Below, piece by piece: positions 27,701-39,593 of a stretch of DNA of 64,000 nt; positions within the stretch are counted from its first letter, which is position 1, and each line of letters starts with the position of its first letter. Source of the DNA: Monocercomonoides exilis PA203 (lineage: Eukaryota > Protista > Preaxostyla); the NCBI GenBank assembly GCA_001643675.2, contig LSRY02000015.1:1-64000 (forward strand), read 5' to 3'. Under the pieces are notes generated by a model. It was not told the DNA's origin, ran no database searches, and saw only the letters and a program-made list of their open reading frames with translations. The position numbers and the translations under genes were made by a program.

Positions 27701-30700
27701 TGAAATATTTCTCAAAACAATTACAAAGTGTGTGAGAATGGGGAGAGTGTGATGGGAGGGCGTTGCAAGGCGCTCCCCACGCTCGACGAGCCGGAAGGAA
27801 CGCGCTGCGCGCTGCCCTAGGCCTTTTCCAGTCATTTCACTGAAATAACCGAATTTTCTTTGTTTTTTTTTGCGGGGCGGGGAGGGCGCGGTGAGTGGTG
27901 TGGCCTGCTGTGCAGGCCACAGGAGCCAGGGAGCTATTCACACGAATTTTGTAATTTTTATCGAAAGAAAAGATATCACAAGATTTGGTGTTGAGTGATA
28001 TTTCGGGTGAGAGGGCCCTTTCAGAGGGAAAAGACCTTCCCACCCAAAAATATCAATGAAATATTTCTCAAAACAATTACAAAGTGTGTGAGAATGGGGG
28101 AGAGTGTGATGGGAGGGCGTTGCAAGGCGCTCCCCACGCTCGACGAGCCGGAAGGAACGCGCTGCGCGCTGCCCTAGGCCTTTTCCAGTCATTTCACTGA
28201 AATAACCGAATTTTCTTTGTTTTTTTTTTTTTCGGGGCGGGGAGGGCGCGGTGAGTGGTGTGGCCTGCTGTGCAGGCCACAGGAGCTCAGGGAGCTATTC
28301 ACACGAATTTTGTAATTTTTATCGAAAGAAAAGATATCACAAGATTTGGTGTTGAGTGATATTTCGGGTGAGAGGGCCCTTTCAGAGGGAAAAGACCTTC
28401 CCACCCAAAAATATCAATGAAATATTTCTCAAAACAATTACAAAGTGTGTGAGAATGGGGGAGAGTGTGATGGGAGGGCGTTGCAAGGCGCTCCCCACGC
28501 TCGACGAGCCGGAAGGAACGCGCTGCGCGCTGCCCTAGGCCTTTTCCAGTCATTTCACTGAAATAACCGAATTTTCTTTGTTTTTTTTTTTTGCGGGGCG
28601 GGGAGGGCGCGGTGAGTGGTGTGGCCTGCTGTGCAGGCCACAGGAGCCAGGGAGCTATTCACACGAATTTTGTAATTTTTATCGAAAGAAAAGATATCAC
28701 AAGATTTGGTGTTGAGTGATATTTCGGGTGAGAGGGCCCTTTCAGAGGGAAAAGACCTTCCCACCCAAAAATATCAATGAAATATTTCTCAAAACAATTA
28801 CAAAGTGTGTGAGAATGGGGGAGAGTGTGATGGGAGGGCGTTGCAAGGCGCTCCCCACGCTCGACGAGCCGGAAGGAACGCGCTGCGCGCTGCCCTAGGC
28901 CTTTTCCAGTCATTTCACTGAAATAACCGAATTTTCTTTGTTTTTTTTTGCGGGGCGGGGAGGGCGCGGTGAGTGGTGTGGCCTGCTGTGCAGGCCACAG
29001 GAGCTCAGGGAGCTATTCACACGAATTTTGTAATTTTTATCGAAAGAAAAGATATCACAAGATTTGGTGTTGAGTGATATTTCGGGTGAGAGGGCCCTTT
29101 CAGAGGGAAAAGACCTTCCCACCCAAAAATATCAATGAAATATTTCTCAAAACAATTACAAAGTGTGTGAGAATGGGGGAGAGTGTGATGGGAGGGCGTT
29201 GCAAGGCGCTCCCCACGCTCGACGAGCCGGAAGGAACGCGCTGCGCGCTGCCCTAGGCCTTTTCCAGTCATTTCACTGAAATAACCGAATTTTCTTTGTT
29301 TTTTTTTTTTTTGCGGGGCGGGGAGGGCGCGGTGAGTGGTGTGGCCTGCTGTGCAGGCCACAGGAGCCAGGGAGCTATTCACACGAATTTTGTAATTTTT
29401 ATCGAAAGAAAAGATATCACAAGATTTGGTGTTGAGTGATATTTCGGGTGAGAGGGCCCTTTCAGAGGGAAAAGACCTTCCCACCCAAAAATATCAATGA
29501 AATATTTCTCAAAACAATTACAAAGTGTGTGAGAATGGGGGAGAGTGTGATGGGAGGGCGTTGCAAGGCGCTCCCCACGCTCGACGAGCCGGAAGGAACG
29601 CGCTGCGCGCTGCCCTAGGCCTTTTCCAGTCATTTCACTGAAATAACCGAATTTTCTTTGTTTTTTTTTTTTTGCGGGGCGGGGAGGGCGCGGTGAGTGG
29701 TGTGGCCTGCTGTGCAGGCCACAGGAGCCAGGGAGCTATTCACACGAATTTTGTAATTTTTATCGAAAGAAAAGATATCACAAGATTTGGTGTTGAGTGA
29801 TATTTCGGGTGAGAGGGCCCTTTCAGAGGGAAAAGACCTTCCCACCCAAAAATATCAATGAAATATTTCTCAAAACAATTACAAAGTGTGTGAGAATGGG
29901 GGAGAGTGTGATGGGAGGGCGTTGCAAGGCGCTCCCCACGCTCGACGAGCCGGAAGGAACGCGCTGCGCGCTGCCCTAGGCCTTTTCCAGTCATTTCACT
30001 GAAATAACCGAATTTTCTTTGTTTTTTTTTTTTTGCGGGGCGGGGAGGGCGCGGTGAGTGGTGTGGCCTGCTGTGCAGGCCACAGGAGCCAGGGAGCTAT
30101 TCACACGAATTTTGTAATTTTTATCGAAAGAAAAGATATCACAAGATTTGGTGTTGAGTGATATTTCGGGTGAGAGGGCCCTTTCAGAGGGAAAAGACCT
30201 TCCCACCCAAAAATATCAATGAAATATTTCTCAAAACAATTACAAAGTGTGTGAGAATGGGGAGAGTGTGATGGGAGGGCGTTGCAAGGCGCTCCCCACG
30301 CTCGACGAGCCGGAAGGAACGCGCTGCGCGCTGCCCTAGGCCTTTTCCAGTCATTTCACTGAAATAACCGAATTTTCTTTGTTTTTTTTTTTTTTGCGGG
30401 GCGGGGAGGGCGCGGTGAGTGGTGTGGCCTGCTGTGCAGGCCACAGGAGCCAGGGAGCTATTCACACGAATTTTGTAATTTTTATCGAAAGAAAAGATAT
30501 CACAAGATTTGGTGTTGAGTGATATTTCGGGTGAGAGGGCCCTTTCAGAGGGAAAAGACCTTCCCACCCAAAAATATCAATGAAATATTTCTCAAAACAA
30601 TTACAAAGTGTGTGAGAATGGGGGAGAGTGTGATGGGAGGGCGTTGCAAGGCGCTCCCCACGCTCGACGAGCCGGAAGGAACGCGCTGCGCGCTGCCCTA

Positions 30701-33700
30701 GGCCTTTTCCAGTCATTTCACTGAAATAACCGAATTTTCTTTGTTTTTTTTTTTGCGGGGCGGGGAGGGCGCGGTGAGTGGTGTGGCCTGCTGTGCAGGC
30801 CACAGGAGCCAGGGAGCTATTCACACGAATTTTGTAATTTTTATCGAAAGAAAAGATATCACAAGATTTGGTGTTGAGTGATATTTCGGGTGAGAGGGCC
30901 CTTTCAGAGGGAAAAGACCTTCCCACCCAAAAATATCAATGAAATATTTCTCAAAACAATTACAAAGTGTGTGAGAATGGGGGAGAGTGTGATGGGAGGG
31001 CGTTGCAAGGCGCTCCCCACGCTCGACGAGCCGGAAGGAACGCGCTGCGCGCTGCCCTAGGCCTTTTCCAGTCATTTCACTGAAATAACCGAATTTTCTT
31101 TGTTTTTTTTTTTTTGCGGGGCGGGGAGGGCGCGGTGAGTGGTGTGGCCTGCTGTGCAGGCCACAGGAGCCAGGGAGCTATTCACACGAATTTTGTAATT
31201 TTTATCGAAAGAAAAGATATCACAAGATTTGGTGTTGAGTGATATTTCGGGTGAGAGGGCCCTTTCAGAGGGAAAAGACCTTCCCACCCAAAAATATCAA
31301 TGAAATATTTCTCAAAACAATTACAAAGTGTGTGAGAATGGGGGAGAGTGTGATGGGAGGGCGTTGCAAGGCGCTCCCCACGCTCGACGAGCCGAAGCGA
31401 ACGCGCTGCGCGCTGCCCTAGGCCTTTTCCAGTCATTTCACTGAAATAACCGAATTTTCTTTGTTTTTTTTTTTTTTGCGGGGCGGGGAGGGCGCGGTGA
31501 GTGGTGTGGCCTGCTGTGCAGGCCACAGGAGCCAGGGAGCTATTCACACGAATTTTGTAATTTTTATCGAAAGAAAAGATATCACAAGATTTGGTGTTGA
31601 GTGATATTTCGGGTGAGAGGGCCCTTTCAGAGGGAAAAGACCTTCCCACCCAAAAATATCAATGAAATATTTCTCAAAACAATTACAAAGTGTGTGAGAA
31701 TGGGGGAGAGTGTGATGGGAGGGCGTTGCAAGGCGCTCCCCACGCTCGACGAGCCGGAAGGAACGCGCTGCGCGCTGCCCTAGGCCTTTTCCAGTCATTT
31801 CACTGAAATAACCGAATTTTCTTTGTTTTTTTTTTTTTGCGGGGCGGGGAGGGCGCGGTGAGTGGTGTGGCCTGCTGTGCAGGCCACAGGAGCCAGGGAG
31901 CTATTCACACGAATTTTGTAATTTTTATCGAAAGAAAAGATATCACAAGATTTGGTGTTGAGTGATATTTCGGGTGAGAGGGCCCTTTCAGAGGGAAAAG
32001 ACCTTCCCACCCAAAAATATCAATGAAATATTTCTCAAAACAATTACAAAGTGTGTGAGAATGGGGGAGAGTGTGATGGGAGGGCGTTGCAAGGCGCTCC
32101 CCACGCTCGACGAGCCGGAAGGAACGCGCTGCGCGCTGCCCTAGGCCTTTTCCAGTCATTTCACTGAAATAACCGAATTTTCTTTGTTTTTTTTTTTTTG
32201 CGGGGCGGGGAGGGCGCGGTGAGTGGTGTGGCCTGCTGTGCAGGCCACAGGAGCCAGGGAGCTATTCACACGAATTTTGTAATTTTTATCGAAAGAAAAG
32301 ATATCACAAGATTTGGTGTTGAGTGATATTTCGGGTGAGAGGGCCCTTTCAGAGGGAAAAGACCTTCCCACCCAAAAATATCAATGAAATATTTCTCAAA
32401 ACAATTACAAAGTGTGTGAGAATGGGGGAGAGTGTGATGGGAGGGCGTTGCAAGGCGCTCCCCACGCTCGACGAGCCGGAAGGAACGCGCTGCGCGCTGC
32501 CCTAGGCCTTTTCCAGTCATTTCACTGAAATAACCGAATTTTTCTTTGTTTTTTTTTTTTTGCGGGGCGGGGAGGGCGCGGTGAGTGGTGTGGCCTGCTG
32601 TGCAGGCCACAGGAGCCAGGGAGCTATTCACACGAATTTTGTAATTTTTATCGAAAGAAAAGATATCACAAGATTTGGTGTTGAGTGATATTTCGGGTGA
32701 GAGGGCCCTTTCAGAGGGAAAAGACCTTCCCACCCAAAAATATCAATGAAATATTTCTCAAAACAATTACAAAGTGTGTGAGAATGGGGGAGAGTGTGAT
32801 GGGAGGGCGTTGCAAGGCGCTCCCCACGCTCGACGAGCCGGAAGGAACGCGCTGCGCGCTGCCCTAGGCCTTTTCCAGTCATTTCACTGAAATAACCGAA
32901 TTTTCTTTGTTTTTTTTTTGCGGGGCGGGGAGGGCGCGGTGAGTGGTGTGGCCTGCTGTGCAGGCCACAGGAGCCAGGGAGCTATTCACACGAATTTTGT
33001 AATTTTTATCGAAAGAAAAGATATCACAAGATTTGGTGTTGAGTGATATTTCGGGTGAGAGGGCCCTTTCAGAGGGAAAAGACCTTCCCACCCAAAAATA
33101 TCAATGAAATATTTCTCAAAACAATTACAAAGTGTGTGAGAATGGGGGAGAGTGTGATGGGAGGGCGTTGCAAGGCGCTCCCCACGCTCGACGAGCCGGA
33201 AGGAACGCGCTGCGCGCTGCCCTAGGCCTTTTCCAGTCATTTCACTGAAATAACCGAATTTTCTTTGTTTTTTTTTTTTGCGGGGCGGGGAGGGCGCGGT
33301 GAGTGGTGTGGCCTGCTGTGCAGGCCACAGGAGCTCAGGGAGCTATTCACACGAATTTTGTAATTTTTATCGAAAGAAAAGATATCACAAGATTTGGTGT
33401 TGAGTGATATTTCGGGTGAGAGGGCCCTTTCAGAGGGAAAAGACCTTCCCACCCAAAAATATCAATGAAATATTTCTCAAAACAATTACAAAGTGTGTGA
33501 GAATGGGGGAGAGTGTGATGGGAGGGCGTTGCAAGGCGCTCCCCACGCTCGACGAGCCGGAAGGAACGCGCTGCGCGCTGCCCTAGGCCTTTTCCAGTCA
33601 TTTCACTGAAATAACCGAATTTTCTTTGTTTTTTTTTTTTGCGGGGCGGGGAGGGCGCGGTGAGTGGTGTGGCCTGCTGTGCAGGCCACAGGAGCCAGGG

Positions 33701-33919
33701 AGCTATTCACACGAATTTTGTAATTTTTATCGAAAGAAAAGATATCACAAGATTTGGTGTTGAGTGATATTTCGGGTGAGAGGGCCCTTTCAGAGGGAAA
33801 AGACCTTCCCACCCAAAAATATCAATGAAATATTTCTCAAAACAATTACAAAGTGTGTGAGAATGGGGGAGAGTGTGATGGGAGGGCGTTGCAAGGCGCT
33901 CCCCACGCTCGACGAGCCG
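9744..33919. repeat. Main homogeneous ~359-bp subtelomeric tandem repeat array (about 67 units)
   Basis: Near-identical head-to-tail units of roughly 355-363 bp that differ mostly in homopolymer length. Ends abruptly after GCTCGACGAGCCG at ~33919. Confidence 0.99.
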
Positions 33920-34007
33920 AAGTCACGTTGCTTCGCACAAAATGCTCGCTTAGCTCGCATTTAGTGCTCGCTCCTTAGACTTTTGCTCGTCGAGCTTAGG
34001 GTAGCGC
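33896..34007. other. Nested imperfect inverted repeat (long hairpin) at the array/unique-DNA boundary
   Basis: Paired arms: GCGCT 33896/AGCGC 34003; GCTCGACGAGC 33907-33917/GCTCGTCGAGC 33985-33995 (perfect 11 bp); AAGTC 33920/GACTT 33978; GCACAAAATGC 33935-33945/GCATTTAGTGC 33957-33967 (1 mismatch). Confidence 0.9.
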
Positions 34008-36105
34008 TCATAGTTTTTTTTCAATTTTATAATTTTTTATTTTTTATTTCAATTTATTTATTTAAAAATTTTTAATTTTTTATGAAAAAATATCAAAAAT
34101 CCCGTAATAATATTTTTAATAGCTCGAATTTTTTGATTTGTTGAAAATCATTATTGAAAACATTTAACTGTGCAACACTGTGCAATTTGAGCAATTCCAA
34201 CGATATTAATGCTGCGTTAACCACTTTGCAAATGTTTAATAGCTGAATACTTGCTGCTGATTGCACAGATCACTTTTTTCTTAAAGCTTGATAAAAATTT
34301 GATGATCACTGATAATACTTGCTGCATTTGCTCAAATTCCATTACACATTTGCATGAGTAACGAGTTTGCTCCTATCATTCTTCAAATTCTTTGCAGTCA
34401 TAGTTTCTGAATAATGCATATTATAAAGTTTGGAAATACAGTAGTGGCATACAACTTCATCGACAGTTTCATTAAAGTTATTGATCATAAAAGCTGAAAT
34501 CACAATAACAACCTTCATCTCTGCATTTCCTTTCTCTGATAATCATTTGGATTCACAATTTCATATGCTTTTGCAAACAAAGAACAACGTGATTTGTTCT
34601 TCACGAATTATTCTGTTCATCACATTTATTTCATTAAAAAAAACTGTTTGAAAGTTCTGTTTGTATTAAAATATTAAAATTATTCTGAATTTTAAATAAA
34701 TAAATGAATGATCAAACTTTTTTTTTATAACTGCTTCAATATTTGTTTAAAATAACTGTAGCACAACAATTAATGCAATCAATAATCAAATGCTGCATTT
34801 GACGATTCAAACTTCTTATTAATTATCATTTAAATTTTCGCCAATTAGTTACAATGATCTGTTTCATCAAAAAGACATAAAATAATGAATTAAACCGTTA
34901 GAAACTGAGAAAACAATTACAAACCAGTTAACAAATTTTCATTTTTGTTCAAGTTAATTATTTAATTCTTCATTCTTTCAATCATTTAATTGCAGCTCTC
35001 AATATTTATTATCATCCAAATGGAAATTCGTTGTTCATAAAGATTGAAATAAACTATCTGGTATCTTCTTTGCTTGATCATTCAATTTTCTCATATAATG
35101 ATTTTTTTTTCGTCATATGAAAATCATATTAATTACCCAAGTTTTATTCTGATTCGACTCATCTTTCATTAACAACGAACGAGCCAAGTTTCAATAAATA
35201 AAAATAAAGCAGGATCAATATATTTGGTTCAAATTCAAATAAAAGCATTGCAAACCTCGATCATTGGAAACAATGAATGCTCAATTATCTGTTCAGTTAA
35301 TGGAGAATGTTTCGATCTTGCTATCCGTCACATTAAAAAACAAATGCACATGGTTTTCGATGTTCTGAATTATTCAAAAAGCAATTAATTCATTTATCAA
35401 CAAAAGATAAAATATATACCGTAATGCTGATATCCTCTTTCACAAAGAAATGCTCACATGTTTGAATCATTAATGTTATATTTCCATTTGCAAAATCCAA
35501 AAATATTCATGAATCTTTTCAAAATAAATAGAATCAATTTGATCATTAATTATTGATAAACAAAATTAAACATTCATTACAAAACCTTGTTCACAGTCGC
35601 CTCATGCAATATTTTTATCATTCTGTTGTTGAATCATATTGAATCAAGTGATAAGAAAATGAATTGTTTCAATATATTTCATTAATGATGATCCAGTGAT
35701 ATAATTCAGTTTTCGAATATTGGAACTTTTCCACATCTTGAAAATCCTTCTTTCAAAAGAGAAACAATAAACAAGTCTGCTATTCAGAATTTGGAATATA
35801 GTTATTATTATTCTGTTTTGATTTCCTTGATTTTGTTTTCAAAAATTTGTTAACTGTATAATTGTCATTAGTATTCACTTGCAGAAGGCAATTTTAAGCA
35901 ATGATTTTTAACAGCTCAGTTCAATAAAATGGTTTCACAATTGTGTTTTACTTATTAAATTGTTTTATTATTTCATTTCAGGTGAATTGAATGAATGATA
36001 TTTATAAAATAACTTGCTCTTGGCATATACGGTTTTGATTTGAAGTCGAATTTTTCAATAGAAAGAGCAATCAACGAAATTCAATAGTTTGAAATCTGGC
36101 ATTTA

Positions 36106-38937
36106 TTATTGAAGTTCCAATTCCACAACAGGAGTCGTATTGTCCTCTTCCCAACCAAAGCCATCAGTTTTCCTTTTGAGTCTTTTGTTTCGCTTGCAGC
36201 ATATGTAACATTCGATGTTTTCTTCGTTTGAATCAAAATCTTCTTCTTCTTCTTCTTCTTCTTCGTAATTTCTCTTTCTTTTATTTGATTTTCTGATAGT
36301 ATTTTCCATCTTATTCATCTCAGATGAAATCTTTTTCCGATTTTCTTTGAGGTGTGTCTCTATTTGCTTTTTGGGGCATTTCATTTCGAGTAATTCTTTA
36401 ATTGATAAATGATGTTTCTTTGTTATTATGCCTTTTTTCATTAAAACTTTCAAATGATACATTATATGCATAGGAGAACGATTTCCAACGCGCTTTGCCA
36501 TTGCGATATAGCTTTCACCTTTTTGAAACATTTCAATAAGTATTTTATCTTCCTCCTCTGTGTAATATCTCCTTTTTAAATTCATTCTTTCATTTCTTTC
36601 TCTATCTTTCAGGTATTCGTCAGGCGTTTTTCCATCTTCTTTTTCTTTAAGAAGATCTTGTTGCTTGCCTATTTCTTCAATATCCTCAATACGTTTTTTT
36701 CGTTTATATTTCATTGTTGGCTTCCCGGTTAATCCATTTTCAGCATGTTTGCAAAAAGTATTTGCAAAATCAAGAGGATCAACGTTGTGGTTATATAACA
36801 TATCCTTCACATATACGAGTCCAATAGACTTTTCAGCTTCATTTTTGCAAGATCTATCTCGATAACTTGCAGATTTCTTTTTCATTTCTTTTTCTTTCAT
36901 TTCCACTAATTCCTTCAAATCTTCATTTGATTCAAAAATCTTTCGGTATGCATTGATGTTATATCTGTATTTTTCAGCATTTTCTATTTCTGTTTTTCCA
37001 AAAAATTTACGTATTCTTTCATCAACTGCAGATCGAAACTTCGCATAAACGTCAATTTCTTTTTCTTTTGGTTTTGGTGGTTCAAGCGATATTCCGTGAA
37101 AAGCCTCCACATCAAGGAGAGTTTCATCAACTAATGGCACATTCTCCGAACTGGAAGAAGATGAAACCAGACGAGAAGAAACAATAGTTCTTTTGGCAAC
37201 CATCTTCAAATATCCCATCTGTGCTAACCTCCATGGAACCCACCCTGCGATCAATGCTGTCTTTTCCATGATAGCGTTCTGTGCATCTGTTGATGATCCA
37301 GCTTTGATCAATGATGTGCAGATAAACCCACTCCTTAGAGAATGAAAACTGAACAGTCTTCGCGGGTACCCAGCGTATTCCGATCTTTCCTTGAAGTGAA
37401 AGCTCATGCTGTCTTCGGATATCTCCCATATTCTTTGCGATTGGTCAATGGTGTGTTTTTCTTCCATCCACTTTGATAATGGAATATTTGTTTTCGATTT
37501 CAAATATGCACTTAGCCAATATACTGGATCTTGATAATTTTCCTCTTCTTCAGAACCTTCAATCGTAACTTCGTGTCCCCAACCAACTCTTCCTTTTGCT
37601 CTATTATATCGCAAAGTTACTAACAACTTCTTTGTCATCTTTGATACGACAATTCTTGTTATATCGGAATAAAGAACATTTGCCAGTGTCACCGCTCTTG
37701 CACCTGTGTGCACGGCAACAAGAAAAAGAGATATTTCCATCTCTCTTGACTTCAAATGATGTGGAATCGCTTGGACTATCCTTTGAACATCCCAAATCAA
37801 TGCTGGTTCTTTCCCTTTTCCTTTTTTCAGGACATTTCTGTTGAATCTCAAGCATGTCATTGCGTCTCTCATTGCTTGAAGGGTTTTTTTGTTCAACTTC
37901 TTCTTCCTCGTTGCCAAATTTATTCTCTTCAATGAAGGAACAATCACAAAAGCAATAGAAGTTAAAGGATATTGACATTCTTTACCGCAAAACAGCACAA
38001 AGCCTCTTGCCACATTGCTTCTCAAAGGCCAAGGCTCCTTTTCGACAAGCTTAGCATATGCGTGAAGCAAATTGTCTACCCATTCAAATTTCTTTTTCGT
38101 AGCCTCTGACCAAATGGTGTGTATTTCCATGTACTTTTTAGCTTTTTCCTTTCCCACTTTTTCGACTGCAAAGTCCATCCTTGTTTTTGCTCTATATTTT
38201 CTTGAAGATTGAATTCCTTTTTGAAATGTAGATGCAGATTCCGATGCAGATACCGATGCAGATGCGGAAGCTAATGATGATGCAAATGATGAAGCTGATG
38301 CTGACGCTGATACCGATGCAGATGAGATTTCCACCGAAGACGTGTGTTCCATGTGAATATTTTCCGTAGCATCCAATCCAAAATCCCGTCCATTCACTTC
38401 TTTTGAACGTTTACAGTTATGAGCATCATTTTTGCATTTTGTTTCTTCAGAAGGATTGTCCAGTTGAAATTCAACCGATTGAGGCACTAAGGAACTGGGC
38501 TTATCAATTGCCCTCGCAAACTTCATAGCTTCGTCCAACTCTTGTTTGTCGAACTCTGTCTTCAATTCTTCTTCTCCTTCTTCGTCGCTTTCCTCTTCTT
38601 CAGCAGAAACATCCGACTCACTGCTTATTTCGCATTCTTCGCTTTCTTCTTCCGATTCCGATGAAGAATCGTCTGATTCGTTTTCTTCCTTTTTCGTTTC
38701 TTTAATTTTATCCTCTTTCACTGCTTTGAAGGAAATAGTGGGAAATACTCTGTTGAGAGTTGGTGTTTCTATCGGATCAACAAAAGATGAAAAAGAATTC
38801 GCTCTTCTTTGCTGAATGGGTGTTGTTATATTTTGGTAGAGTGGATTCTGTGGAGTTCTGAATTTGTTTCTTTCTATTTCTCTTATATCTGGTCTTTGCC
38901 TTTCAGGTGTAAGGATTTGTCGCATTAGTTGCAACAT
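36106..38937 (-). CDS. Tyrosine recombinase (phage-integrase fold) with acidic/Ser-Ala N-terminus and C-terminal Myb/SANT-like HTH domain, 943 aa
   Basis: Uninterrupted ORF with YR catalytic motifs in order: HTGAR (R, ~aa 414), NRAK (K), HSLRSG (HxxR, ~aa 532), AGW, MGYLK (Y, ~aa 576). Myb-like segment RRYYTEEEDKILIEMFQKGESYIAMAKRVGNRSPMHIMYHLKVL at ~aa 790-833. The frame stays open ~25 codons upstream of the ATG, so an upstream exon is possible. Confidence 0.88.
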   Translation of the reverse strand: MLQLMRQILTPERQRPDIREIERNKFRTPQNPLYQNITTPIQQRRANSFSSFVDPIETPTLNRVFPTISFKAVKEDKIKETKKEENESDDSSSESEEESEECEISSESDVSAEEEESDEEGEEELKTEFDKQELDEAMKFARAIDKPSSLVPQSVEFQLDNPSEETKCKNDAHNCKRSKEVNGRDFGLDATENIHMEHTSSVEISSASVSASASASSFASSLASASASVSASESASTFQKGIQSSRKYRAKTRMDFAVEKVGKEKAKKYMEIHTIWSEATKKKFEWVDNLLHAYAKLVEKEPWPLRSNVARGFVLFCGKECQYPLTSIAFVIVPSLKRINLATRKKKLNKKTLQAMRDAMTCLRFNRNVLKKGKGKEPALIWDVQRIVQAIPHHLKSREMEISLFLVAVHTGARAVTLANVLYSDITRIVVSKMTKKLLVTLRYNRAKGRVGWGHEVTIEGSEEEENYQDPVYWLSAYLKSKTNIPLSKWMEEKHTIDQSQRIWEISEDSMSFHFKERSEYAGYPRRLFSFHSLRSGFICTSLIKAGSSTDAQNAIMEKTALIAGWVPWRLAQMGYLKMVAKRTIVSSRLVSSSSSSENVPLVDETLLDVEAFHGISLEPPKPKEKEIDVYAKFRSAVDERIRKFFGKTEIENAEKYRYNINAYRKIFESNEDLKELVEMKEKEMKKKSASYRDRSCKNEAEKSIGLVYVKDMLYNHNVDPLDFANTFCKHAENGLTGKPTMKYKRKKRIEDIEEIGKQQDLLKEKEDGKTPDEYLKDRERNERMNLKRRYYTEEEDKILIEMFQKGESYIAMAKRVGNRSPMHIMYHLKVLMKKGIITKKHHLSIKELLEMKCPKKQIETHLKENRKKISSEMNKMENTIRKSNKRKRNYEEEEEEEEDFDSNEENIECYICCKRNKRLKRKTDGFGWEEDNTTPVVELELQ

Positions 38938-39520
38938 CCTTTCACAGACTTCTTCTCGACTGATCAGCGCTTCATTATCTTTTTCTGCTGATTGATTATA
39001 AGATATATCAGTCTTTCAAAATGGATATGTTTGTTATTTGTTAAAAAAATATAAAAAAATGAGTTCAAACGACAAGTTCATTTTCCGTATTCATTGGTTT
39101 ATCATTCAAGTCGATTGCAGTTACGGTTTGTTTCTAAAAATGATATTAAACATTAAGTGAAGCTAAAATAAACGCAAACACTGTCGTTTGTAATTGAAGT
39201 ATTCAGGCGAAAATCACGAGAAACAATGTGTTCATCAGACATTGAATCAAGTGACATTTGATGTTTATTGGTTTGATGGTTAGACGATTGTTGCGGTTCG
39301 TTTTGCATTAGTCTCTTTGTTTAAAAAACGTTCAAATTTTAAATTTTGAAATATTCTTTATGGGATTTTTGATAAGTTCGTATTAAATTTTCTCAATAAA
39401 AATCAAAATTTCACAAAATTTCTCATATTTTCTTTGACAAATGAATTTTTCATAAATAAAAGCGTATATATCTTTTCATAAATCGTCAATTCAGCTGAAA
39501 AGTGTGCTTCGTTTTCAACA

Positions 39521-39536
39521 CCCTTTAACCCTAACC
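39521..39536 (+). repeat. Short interstitial telomere-like remnant
   Basis: CCCTTTAACCCTAACC, containing a perfect TAACCCTAACC at 39526-39536, in the same orientation as the terminal telomere. Confidence 0.5.
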
Positions 39537-39593
39537 TGACGCTGACACTGAAGAGGAAGAAGTCAGGTTTGTTTTCTTATTTTCTTCTATGTG

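Noticed and set aside
9744-33919. CRISPR array, or 5S rRNA/tRNA gene array
   Set aside because: There are no variable spacers or cas genes, and no 5S or tRNA conserved sequence or cloverleaf was found in the unit.
2958-33964. About 200 short ORFs in the satellite (MGRSFPSERALS..., MTGKGLGQ..., MIFRVRGP...)
   Set aside because: They recur only because the unit repeats. Frames fuse and break with homopolymer length, and no domain is recognisable.
34150-35950. Possible decayed or intron-rich gene between the hairpin and the YR gene
   Set aside because: Some minus-strand stretches look coding-like, but there is no ORF of 60 aa or more and no identifiable motif.
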